Of a DNA stretch of 64,000 nucleotides, positions 1-8,244 are shown in pieces (positions within the stretch are counted from its first letter, which is position 1; every line of letters starts with the position of its first letter). The DNA comes from Nannocystis bainbridge. GTDB lineage: Bacteria > Myxococcota_A > Polyangia > Nannocystales > Nannocystaceae. The stretch lies in the NCBI RefSeq assembly GCF_028368995.1, contig NZ_JAQNDL010000001.1, positions 2,368,001 to 2,432,000 on the forward strand, written 5' to 3'. The position numbers were made by a program, and so were the translations under genes. The notes under the pieces were generated by a model, which saw only the letters and a list, made by a program, of their open reading frames with translations, did no database searches and was not told where the DNA came from.

Positions 1-512
1 AACGCCGACTCGGCCTCGGCGTGCTCGCCGAGCGCGAGGAAGATGCGTGCGCGGTTGAGGTAGGCGTCGCCGTACCATGCGCGTCGGGCCAGCGCCTGTT
101 GCAAGTCCTCGAGGCCGCCGCGCGGGTCGCCGGCCTTGACCCCGCGCAGCCAGCCGCGCAGGTTCCACACCTCGGCCCAGTCGGGCCGCCGCTGCAGCGC
201 CGCCTCGACCGGCACCAGCGCCTCGGCTGGCTGGCCGACGGCCACGCACGCGTCGGCGAAGTTGTAGAGCGCCGCGGTGGTGTCGGGTGCGGCGGCCACA
301 GCGTCGCGCAGCAGGTCGAGGCCCTGTCCCATCGCTTCTGGCCGATGAGACAGGCTCGTCGTCAGCAGCCAGCCGGCGTAGTTGAGCGCCCCGGCGTGGC
401 GCGGGTCGAGCTTGATCGCCGCCTCGAAGGCGGCCAGCGCCGCGTCGACCTCACCGGCCCGGGCCCGCCGCTCGCCCTCGGCGTACGCTTCGTCGGCTGT
501 CTTGAAGGACAT
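1..512 (-). CDS. Tetratricopeptide-repeat protein (3' end runs off the window)
   Basis: Hand translation from ATG at 512: MSFKTADEAYAEGERRARAGEVDAALAAFEAAIKLDPRHAGALNYAGW...ALYNFADA...PDWAEVWNLRG...YGDAYLNRA, i.e. repeated TPR-type motifs. Not in the ORF track because no stop falls inside the window. Confidence 0.75.
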   Translation of the reverse strand, partial: MSFKTADEAYAEGERRARAGEVDAALAAFEAAIKLDPRHAGALNYAGWLLTTSLSHRPEAMGQGLDLLRDAVAAAPDTTAALYNFADACVAVGQPAEALVPVEAALQRRPDWAEVWNLRGWLRGVKAGDPRGGLEDLQQALARRAWYGDAYLNRARIFLALGEHAEAESA

Positions 513-522
513 GTCCAAGCGC

Positions 523-1233
523 TCAGGAGAAGGGTAGGGCCGACGCGCCGATCACCAGCGGGTGGGCGGCGATGATCGCGGCGGCGATCAGGAGGGCCAC
601 GCCGGCGCGCCACAAACCGATCTCGCCGGGCACGAAGCTGTTGCGGCCGGCGGCGATGGCGGCGAACGGGACGATCGAGGTGACGGCGGCGTAGCGCTGC
701 CAGCCGATCGGGTCCCGGCGGGCCCGCTTGCGGTCGATGCTGAACATGCCGGCCAGCGCCGGCACGGCGATCGCTGCGAACAGCACCAGCGACGCCACGT
801 CCCCGTTGGCGGCCGCGTGCGTCGCGGCCCACAGCACGAAGCCCCACAGCAGCGGGTGACGGGTGATTCGCAAGATCCCGCGGGCCGGCGTCGGGGCTTG
901 CAGCACGCGCTCCATGCCCACCGACGTCGGGTTCGGCGTCGTCAGCGAGCCGACGATCAGCAGCAGCGCGACCGGCATGACGACCAGCGGCGTCCACAAC
1001 GCCGCCAGGCCCGGCACCCACAGGTCGAAGTTGACCCCCGGGGCGGCGGCGCTGCGGTAGGCCATCACCAGCGCGACCAGGCCGGCGAGCGACAGCAGGG
1101 AGAACATGCCCTGGAAGCCAGGTTCGCGGATCTCGGCGACGAGGACCCGCCGCAGCGGTGAACCGGCGACCACGAGGTGGAGCAGGATCCACGCCCCGGC
1201 GGTCACGATCAGCGCGGTGAGCTCCGGCGTCAT
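523..1233 (-). CDS. NnrU-family integral membrane protein
   Basis: 236 aa with multiple TM segments; motifs GILRITRHPLLWG, HAAANGD and TSIVPFAAI match the NnrU family. Confidence 0.8.
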   Translation of the reverse strand: MTPELTALIVTAGAWILLHLVVAGSPLRRVLVAEIREPGFQGMFSLLSLAGLVALVMAYRSAAAPGVNFDLWVPGLAALWTPLVVMPVALLLIVGSLTTPNPTSVGMERVLQAPTPARGILRITRHPLLWGFVLWAATHAAANGDVASLVLFAAIAVPALAGMFSIDRKRARRDPIGWQRYAAVTSIVPFAAIAAGRNSFVPGEIGLWRAGVALLIAAAIIAAHPLVIGASALPFS

Positions 1234-1263
1234 GCCGGGGACTGTCGCACGCCCCCGAGGGGC

Positions 1264-2817
1264 CTAGAAGAGCTTCCAGCCCTTCTTGGCGGGCGCTGCT
1301 GGCGGCGTGGGTGCGGCGGGCTTGGGCGCTTCGGGGGCCTTGGTGGTAGGCGCGATCGCAGCGTCCGGCGTCGGCGCGCGCGGGCTCGAGCCCGACGGCG
1401 GCTTGCCGGGCCCGCCATGCTTGGCGAGCAGCGCCCTCGCGCGGGCCAGCAGCGGCTGGCCGCGCGCCGGATCGACCATCGCCACGAAGCAGGCGTAGCC
1501 GTGCACGGCGGCCAGCACGTCGCCGCCCTTGCCCCAGCGCTTGCCCGCGGGCCCGTCCTTCTCGATCTGGAACAGCGTCGCCCGGAACTTGCGCAGCTCG
1601 TCGCGGGCCACGCTCGGCTTGTCGTTGACGACGATGCCGGTGACCTCTTGCCGGCGACCGCGACGCATTACCCGCGTCTTGTCCGGGTGCACCACGAAGC
1701 CCTCGTGCGCGACGATGTCGGCGACCCCGCGCAGCAGCTTGCCGACGCGCTTGCTCTCGGCCGCCTCGCCGCGGCCGCTGAACGTGAGGTCGTCGGCGTA
1801 GCGGGTGTAGACGAAGCCCAGCGCCTGCGCGAGCCCGTGCAGGCGGCTGTCGAGGCGGCGGCACAGCAGGTTGGTGATCGCCGGGCTGCACGGCGAGCCC
1901 TGCGGCAGGTAGCGCTGCCCGCGGGCGACGAACCAGGTCGTGCCGTCGAGCGCGACCTCGTCGACGTCCGGCTCGGTGCAGATCAGCGCCAGCGTCGTCG
2001 CCACCGACTCGCTGTAGCCGAGGTGGCGGATGGCGCCCTTGACCCGCGGGAACGACACCGTCGGGAAGAAGTCCTTGAGGTCGAGGTTGACGACCACGTC
2101 GGCGCCGACGTGGGGCTTGGCGTTGGAGACGATCGAGCGCCCGGCGACGAACCCATGAGCGTGCGGGTCGACGTTCAGCTTGGCGAAGATGTGCTCGAGC
2201 GCCCACGTCTGGGCCCGCTTGAGGCGGGGCATCGGCGCGGAGATCAGGCGGAAGCCGCCTGTCTTTTTGGGCAGGAGGAAGCGGCGGTAATGCGAGACGC
2301 GCGAGACCTTGCGGTCGTAGGCGAGGAAGCGCAGCGCCTTGACCTCGACGCCGATCGCCTTGGCCAGCTCCTCGGGCGTGGCGAGCAGCGGCAGGCCCGC
2401 TTGCTTCAGCGTCTCTGCGTCGGCTGTCCTGTGGGACATGCCCCCGGAGACATCCACGCCGAGGTGGAGGATCTCGCCGGCCTTGCGCGCGGCCCACTTC
2501 TGGGCCCGCTCCTGGCGCTCACGCTCGCGCCGGGCCTTCGTCTCCTTCTGCTTGCGCCGCGACTCGAGCAGCCGGGCCTTGCGCTGCTCGGCGATCAGGA
2601 CCTTCTCGTTGTAGAGCTTGCGCGACTTCTCGCGCAGCTCGGCGAGCTGGCGCTCGAGCTCGCCGCGGCGCCGAATCTCCTCGGCCGGGTCGTGCGGCAC
2701 CGTTCCTTGCGCCGGCCAGAACCCGAGGCGAACCATCTCCTCGAGGATCACTTCCTCCTTGGAGGTGCTGCGGATCCGCTCGTACAGGGCTTCGCGGGTT
2801 GTCGGTTGGCCGGCCAT
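1264..2817 (-). CDS. Retron-type reverse transcriptase with a long charged N-terminal extension
   Basis: 517 aa with KKTGGFRLISAP, AHGF, region X NAKPH (NAxxH), DLKDFFPTV, LPQGSPCSP, YTRYADDLTFS and region Y QEVTGIVVN (VTG). Confidence 0.95.
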   Translation of the reverse strand: MAGQPTTREALYERIRSTSKEEVILEEMVRLGFWPAQGTVPHDPAEEIRRRGELERQLAELREKSRKLYNEKVLIAEQRKARLLESRRKQKETKARRERERQERAQKWAARKAGEILHLGVDVSGGMSHRTADAETLKQAGLPLLATPEELAKAIGVEVKALRFLAYDRKVSRVSHYRRFLLPKKTGGFRLISAPMPRLKRAQTWALEHIFAKLNVDPHAHGFVAGRSIVSNAKPHVGADVVVNLDLKDFFPTVSFPRVKGAIRHLGYSESVATTLALICTEPDVDEVALDGTTWFVARGQRYLPQGSPCSPAITNLLCRRLDSRLHGLAQALGFVYTRYADDLTFSGRGEAAESKRVGKLLRGVADIVAHEGFVVHPDKTRVMRRGRRQEVTGIVVNDKPSVARDELRKFRATLFQIEKDGPAGKRWGKGGDVLAAVHGYACFVAMVDPARGQPLLARARALLAKHGGPGKPPSGSSPRAPTPDAAIAPTTKAPEAPKPAAPTPPAAPAKKGWKLF

Positions 2818-2914
2818 GAAACAAAGGACGGGGGAAACAAACGCAGGAGGACGGACGGAGGAGACGGACGAAGAAGAATCAGGCGAGGCCGCTCAGCGGC
2901 GCGCGGAATAGGGT

Positions 2915-3146
2915 GTCATGACAACGGCGAAGACCCGCTACGAAGGCTCTAAGGACTGGACCGCTCAACTCCAGCGGCCCCGGGTAGCTGTCGCTCAGTC
3001 GCTTCATGGAAGTCACACCGGAATAGCGACAGCTACCCGATGGGCCGCACAGTCAAGAGCGGGCCAGTGAAGCGTGAACGAGCATTTCGCAAGGACGGCG
3101 ATCCACCGCCCGGGTTGCTAGGCTCGGCCTTCGCCGTTGTCATGAC
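2915..3146 (-). ncRNA. Retron msr-msd non-coding RNA
   Basis: Perfect 18-bp inverted repeat GTCATGACAACGGCGAAG (2915-2932) / CTTCGCCGTTGTCATGAC (3129-3146) = a1/a2. It encloses a long msd hairpin 2955-3068 (15-bp perfect core 2981-2995/3025-3039, plus 2974-2980/3042-3048 and 2955-2966/3057-3068) and a small msr stem-loop at ~3093-3111. Lies directly upstream of the RT. Confidence 0.9.
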
Positions 3147-3217
3147 GAAACTGGGTGGTGATGCGCCTCGTGGGAATGAGGGGAGCGACAGGGATTCGAG
3201 CTGGTCCGGAGGACAGG

Positions 3218-4870
3218 TCAGGCCAGCTGGCCCTGCGCTCGGCGGTGCTGGATCCGCAGGGCCAGTATATGCTCACACGGCCCCTTGTACAGTTTATTTT
3301 GCGTGTAGAAGTTGCACGTGCACGACGCGGAAGCGAGCCGCTCGTCGCGGTCGAGCGCGAGCTCGGGCTCGTAGTTGTGTGAGCCGTCGCGGACGCGTCC
3401 GCGCAGCACCAGCCCGCCCTCGCCCGAGGGCAACGCCTGCCGCACGGTCGCCATGTTCTGCTGGACCAGCGTCTGCGCCGCGGCCTCGCGGTCGTTGGCG
3501 AACCGCAGCTTGTCCATCGGCAGCGGGTCGCGGCTGAGCTCGCGGACGCGATAGACCTGCTTGTCGAGGTCGTACATCGCCCGGCCCGCCTGGGTGTACG
3601 CGGCCAGGGCCCCGTAGACCGCCGAGGTGTCGAGGTCGAGCTCGCGCGCGAGCGCCTCGGGGCGGTGGAACCAGTGCTTCTTGAGGCCGTCGAACACGCG
3701 CCGCTTGGTGAACTCGTCGACGGTGGCGCGCGGGGCCATGAGGTCGAAGTTGCCGGCGGTCGACCAGTCGTTGGCGGTCCAGCCGGACAGGCCGAGGGTG
3801 AAGTTCATGTCGCCGAGGTCGGCGATGTAGAACGACGGCAGGCCGGTGCCGAGCAGGTGGACGGTGAACTTCTTGGCCAGCTGGATGAGGCGCTCGAGGA
3901 TGAGGATCCGCCGGCGGCCCCACACGCGGACCTCGTGCTCCTTGTCGCCGCGGAAGATCGAGCGCGGGAACACGACCTCGCGGTTCCACGGCTCGAACAC
4001 GACCTTGACCGGCTGACCGGGCTTGAGGATGTACCGCAGGCTGCGCGGGCCGACCTTCTCCTTGTGACGGCGGAGGATGAAGCACAGGTTGTGCACGTCC
4101 ATCGGGTGGAGGTCGAACGAGATCGTCGGCAGCGTCATCGCCGAGCTGACCTGCAGGAACCCGCGCACCCACGAGTCGGGCAGGTCGATCTTCAGCTCCT
4201 TGAACTCGTCCTCGGCGGTGGTCTGGACCCCGAAGCCCGAAGGGTCGACCGTGAACATCGTCTGCTTGTAGCGGCGGATCTTCTGGAACTCGTCGTAGAG
4301 GGCCGCCGAATAGTCGATGTTGGTGGTCCCGCAGGCGAACTCCTGGACCTTGTTGAACACCTCGTAGCGGGCGCCGAGCCGGCCGTAGGTCGACTCGTCC
4401 TGCGAGAAGCACTCGAAGAAGACCTCGTCCGGGTGGACGGTGATCACCGGGTCGAGCACGAACCAGGCGTCGCGGTCCTTCTGGTACAGGTAATCGAAGT
4501 AGCGCCGCTTGGCGTTGTAGTAGCCCTGCATGCGCGCGCTGCTGGTGCGCTGCAGGGCCGAGAGCTCGTCCTGCATGCGCTTGAGGTCGGCGGCGTTGCG
4601 CGAGCGCTGCAGCGCGACCTGCTGCCAATTGACCTGCTCCTGCTTGGCCAGCCACTCCTTGTATTCGGTCCGGTCCTTGGGCTTGAAGCGCAGGTCGGAC
4701 ACGACGACGTCGTGCAGCGCCGAGATCGCCTCGCGGAACTCGAGGCACTTGCCGAGCTCGCCGACGAAGTAGGTCGGCTCGCGCCGGGTGTCCGGCGAGA
4801 ACGACATGCTGGTCGCCCGCGCCGACGAGTCGACGGCGGTGCTGCCGTGATAGCGGTACTCAAACTCCAC
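3218..4870 (-). CDS. SWIM zinc-finger protein (retron-associated)
   Basis: 550 aa with a C-terminal SWIM motif CTC-x(12)-CEH (ASCTCNFYTQNKLYKGPCEHILA) and an N-terminal coiled coil. GTG start overlaps the upstream stop by 11 nt. Confidence 0.88.
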   Translation of the reverse strand: MEFEYRYHGSTAVDSSARATSMSFSPDTRREPTYFVGELGKCLEFREAISALHDVVVSDLRFKPKDRTEYKEWLAKQEQVNWQQVALQRSRNAADLKRMQDELSALQRTSSARMQGYYNAKRRYFDYLYQKDRDAWFVLDPVITVHPDEVFFECFSQDESTYGRLGARYEVFNKVQEFACGTTNIDYSAALYDEFQKIRRYKQTMFTVDPSGFGVQTTAEDEFKELKIDLPDSWVRGFLQVSSAMTLPTISFDLHPMDVHNLCFILRRHKEKVGPRSLRYILKPGQPVKVVFEPWNREVVFPRSIFRGDKEHEVRVWGRRRILILERLIQLAKKFTVHLLGTGLPSFYIADLGDMNFTLGLSGWTANDWSTAGNFDLMAPRATVDEFTKRRVFDGLKKHWFHRPEALARELDLDTSAVYGALAAYTQAGRAMYDLDKQVYRVRELSRDPLPMDKLRFANDREAAAQTLVQQNMATVRQALPSGEGGLVLRGRVRDGSHNYEPELALDRDERLASASCTCNFYTQNKLYKGPCEHILALRIQHRRAQGQLA

Positions 4871-7800
4871 GCTGCACCTGTCCCTTCGTCCGCACCGGCG
4901 GCTGACGGATCTCGATCGGCAACGGCACGTCGCCGAAGCGCTGGCGGACCCCGACCATGGCGATCACGCTGGCCGCCCGGTCGCCGATCGCCATCGTCAA
5001 GCTCTGGCGGGTCATCAGCGCGGCGACCAATTGCGCGGCCTCGGGGCTCTTCTCCGCCTCGGCCGTCAGGAACCGGAACACCCGCGCCTTGGCGATCCGG
5101 CCGCGGTTGACCCGCGACAGCACGCCGAGGAAGTACGGCTCGAGCTCGCGCAGGCGCTCGATCGAGCCGGCCGCGTATTGCTCGAGGTAGTTGGTGGCGA
5201 ACAGCTGCACGTCGGCCGACGGGTGCTCGCTGAGGCGGCGCAGGTAGTCGAGGCCGTGCTCCTCGCGGAAGCAGCGGGTGATCATCTCGCGCCCGAACGC
5301 CTGCACGTCGGCGCGCACCGAGTCGGCGATCGCCACCAGCACGTCGGGCGGGAAGTCGGCCGGCTGCAGGCGCTCGCGGAAGAACTCGAAGGCGAACGCG
5401 CGCGAGTCGTCCCACTTGGCGTCGAGGATCCGGATCGCGTGCGGCAGCTCGCGCCCGATCCGCGCGACGTTGCGGTCGAAGAAGCTCCACGCCGCCTGGC
5501 GCACCGAGAGGATCTCGTGGCTGGCCAGGCGCGCGACCTCGGCGACGTCGAGGCTGTCGGGGTCGACGTTGCGCGCCAGCAAGATCCCGCCGAGCTCCTG
5601 CGCCGCGGAGGCCTTGGCCCGCAGGAGGCGCATGACGAGCTCCTTGTCGACGGAACCGAGGCCCTGCTCGAGGTCGCTCTTGAGCAGGCGCAAGACGAAG
5701 CTGTGCACGCCCTCGTGGGTCTCCTTGACCAACAGCGTGCCGATCAGCGGGGCCACGATCGCGGCGGCGAACCGCGGGTCGCGGGCGGCCAGGCGCTGGA
5801 CCACCGGGCGGATCGCGTCGCGCTGGTCGACGTGGGCCGAGGTCAGGAAGGCCAGCATCAGCCCACCGCGGTCGACGAGCACGCTGTCGGGCAGCTCGCC
5901 GAACAATCTGATGCCGAGGCTGCGCACCGCGGCGTGCTTGCTCTCGACCGCGAGCGCGGCGATGAGCTGCTCGGGCAGGTCCTCGGGGCGCGTGTCGTGG
6001 TTGAGCAGGATGTTGGCCGCCAGCAGCTGCGCCCCCTCGAGCGGGTGGGCGACCAGGTCGACGACGACGTTGAGGCCGACGCCGCGCAGCGGCCGGGCGA
6101 ACGCCCGCATCAGCGTCTCGCCCACGTCGGCCGCGATCGCGTCGGCGTCCGGCGTGGCCGGTAGCGCCAGCACGCCGGCCACGGCCCGGGCGATCAGCGT
6201 CGACGCGGCCGCGGCCGCCAGCGGCACGCCCTGCAGCAGCACGCGGGCGTAGGCGCGGGTGTCGGCGTGGGCCGAGAACAGCAGCGCGAGCACCAGGTCG
6301 TGGGCCCCGGCGAAGCGGGCCCGGTCGGCGTCGATCCACCCGTGGGCCAGCTTGCGCGCGGCCGGGACGGCGCAGCTCGCCACCGCGGCGACGAGCGCGA
6401 GGTCGGGGTTGTCGGCGTCGTAGCGGGCCCGGGCCAGCTCGAAGCCGAGCTGCGCGGTGACCTCGAACGGCCGCTCGAGCAGCATGACGATGCCGTCGAC
6501 GTCGAGCTGGGTCAGGAAGTCCTTGTTGTCGCGGATCGCCCTGACCGCAAATTCATGTACCAAAGTACATGTGCTTTCGGACAGGAGGTGCATGAGGCCG
6601 AACGGGACCTGGTCCCAGACCTTCGGGAACGCCTCCTCGCGGCTGGCGGGGGCCGGGTCGCCGGGCTTGTAGTTGGCGCGGCAGCGCCAGGTGGCGCCGC
6701 GCACCCGCGGCTCGTAGCGCGGGCTGTTGCCGCCGTAGAGGATGGCGTTGAAGGCGTGGTAGGCGGCGAACCGGTCCCAGCGGGTGACCTTGTTCTTGCG
6801 CGTGCTGTAGCTGTAGCGCGTGGCCGTCTTGACCTCCTGGCCGTCGGCGTCGGAAAACGGCAGCAGCACGCCGACCGCCAGCTTGACGTAGCCCATCGCG
6901 TCGCCGGCCTCGGCCAGGCGCCGCAGCGAGCGGAAGGCCCGGCGGCGCAGGTAGTCGCGGGTCTTGCTCGAGTAGGCCAGGCGCGAGTCGGGCCGCTTCA
7001 GCTCCTTGCTGACGTCGGTCCAGCGGCCGCCGCCGAGGAAGATGGTGCGGCGCGCACCGAAGGCCGCCGGGGTCTTTTCGATGCGATAGGCGATGAGGCC
7101 GAACACCTCGGCGTCGCCGCGGACCTCGGCCATCTTGAGCAGGTGGCGGACGTGACGGAAGTTGCCGACCTGCAGGGGGATCGTGCGCAGGCCGGCGAGC
7201 AGGCCCGGGCGCACGGTGTCGTCGTCGATGCGATAGATGTCCTCGAGCGCGGCGCTGTCGCCGGCGGCCAGGGCGGCCAGCAGCACGGCGGTGAACGCCT
7301 CCGGATCGCCCCTGCCGGCGAACTCGCGCAGCGCGGGCGGCAGAGCGGCGCGCGCCCGCGCGGCCACGGCCTCGCGCAGCTCGTCGCTCCAGCCGCGCAG
7401 CATCTCGAGCTGCATGCGCATCACCATGTCGCTCTTGCTCGCCCGCGGGATGAACAGCTTCAGCGCCTCGTCGAGGCTGCTGGGCTGCAGGCCAGGTTCG
7501 TTGCGGGCCCGCGCGAGCGCGGTGAAGGTGTCGGCGCCGCCGCAGCGGGCCAGAGCCCAGGCGATGCAGTAGTCGAGCATTTGATCGCCGGAGCCGATCA
7601 GGCGGATGAGGTGCGGCACGGCCTCGCGCAGGCGGTACTCGCCGGCCCGCCAGACCACCCGCGCCGGCTTCCACGGCTTGCGCCCGCCGCCGCCCTGCAA
7701 ACGGGCGAGGATCGCCTCGGCCGGGGTGGTGTAGGCGGGGCTGGCCTTTCGGCCAGGTGCCGCCGCGGCCGTCTCGCTCGGCGCGCCGCCCAGCGTGCGC

Positions 7801-8057
7801 CCGACCGCCGCCGCCTCGTTCGACTCGGTGTAGCCCTTGCGCTGCTTCTCGTCGACGAGCTTGGCGAACACCGAGCGCGCGGTGGCCTCGGCGACGGGGG
7901 CTTCGGTCTTGGTGCCGTCCTTCAGCGGCGCGCCGCGGCGGCCGAACTGGAAGTTGACGACGAACTTGCCCTTGCTCACCTCGCACAGGTCGACGATGTA
8001 GACCTTGTCGGAGGAGCCTTCGCGCAGGCCGAGGGAGACGCGTCGGATCAACTTCAC
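4860..8057 (-). CDS. WGR-domain protein with ARM/HEAT-like helical repeats (retron-associated)
   Basis: Likely GTG start at 8057 after GGGAG, giving ~1065 aa. N-terminal WGR-like domain (EGSSDKVY...VNFQFGRRG...KLVDEKQRKGY) followed by a long Leu/Ala-rich alpha-solenoid. The ORF-track extension to 9137 is antisense to another gene. Confidence 0.85.
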   Translation of the reverse strand: MKLIRRVSLGLREGSSDKVYIVDLCEVSKGKFVVNFQFGRRGAPLKDGTKTEAPVAEATARSVFAKLVDEKQRKGYTESNEAAAVGRTLGGAPSETAAAAPGRKASPAYTTPAEAILARLQGGGGRKPWKPARVVWRAGEYRLREAVPHLIRLIGSGDQMLDYCIAWALARCGGADTFTALARARNEPGLQPSSLDEALKLFIPRASKSDMVMRMQLEMLRGWSDELREAVAARARAALPPALREFAGRGDPEAFTAVLLAALAAGDSAALEDIYRIDDDTVRPGLLAGLRTIPLQVGNFRHVRHLLKMAEVRGDAEVFGLIAYRIEKTPAAFGARRTIFLGGGRWTDVSKELKRPDSRLAYSSKTRDYLRRRAFRSLRRLAEAGDAMGYVKLAVGVLLPFSDADGQEVKTATRYSYSTRKNKVTRWDRFAAYHAFNAILYGGNSPRYEPRVRGATWRCRANYKPGDPAPASREEAFPKVWDQVPFGLMHLLSESTCTLVHEFAVRAIRDNKDFLTQLDVDGIVMLLERPFEVTAQLGFELARARYDADNPDLALVAAVASCAVPAARKLAHGWIDADRARFAGAHDLVLALLFSAHADTRAYARVLLQGVPLAAAAASTLIARAVAGVLALPATPDADAIAADVGETLMRAFARPLRGVGLNVVVDLVAHPLEGAQLLAANILLNHDTRPEDLPEQLIAALAVESKHAAVRSLGIRLFGELPDSVLVDRGGLMLAFLTSAHVDQRDAIRPVVQRLAARDPRFAAAIVAPLIGTLLVKETHEGVHSFVLRLLKSDLEQGLGSVDKELVMRLLRAKASAAQELGGILLARNVDPDSLDVAEVARLASHEILSVRQAAWSFFDRNVARIGRELPHAIRILDAKWDDSRAFAFEFFRERLQPADFPPDVLVAIADSVRADVQAFGREMITRCFREEHGLDYLRRLSEHPSADVQLFATNYLEQYAAGSIERLRELEPYFLGVLSRVNRGRIAKARVFRFLTAEAEKSPEAAQLVAALMTRQSLTMAIGDRAASVIAMVGVRQRFGDVPLPIEIRQPPVRTKGQVQRGV

Positions 8058-8066
8058 GGCACTCCC

Positions 8067-8108
8067 GCTATAGCCCCGACCGGCTTGCACCTGCAAGCAG
8101 GTGCGAGC
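8067..8108 (-). promoter_or_regulatory. Candidate promoter overlapped by a palindromic operator, upstream of the retron operon
   Basis: Minus strand TTGCAG-N18-TATAGC (8096-8067). Inverted repeat GCTTGCACCTGC-AA-GCAGGTGCGAGC (8083-8108) covers the -35 region. Confidence 0.35.
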
Positions 8109-8244
8109 GCCGTCCGGGATCACGCGCCGGCCCGAGGCGCGGGGCCGCCCACCCGCGCGTGACCGCCGGCCCGGCCGCCCCGCGGTCCTCTTCGTGGTCC
8201 CGGACGGTACTCGCCGCCGCCCCGGCCTGATACAGTCGCAGGCG

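Noticed and set aside
1264-2817. RT as a group II intron or diversity-generating retroelement
   Set aside because: It has retron NAxxH and VTG motifs and an adjacent a1/a2-msd structure; I saw no maturase/endonuclease domain, intron domain V or TR/VR pair.
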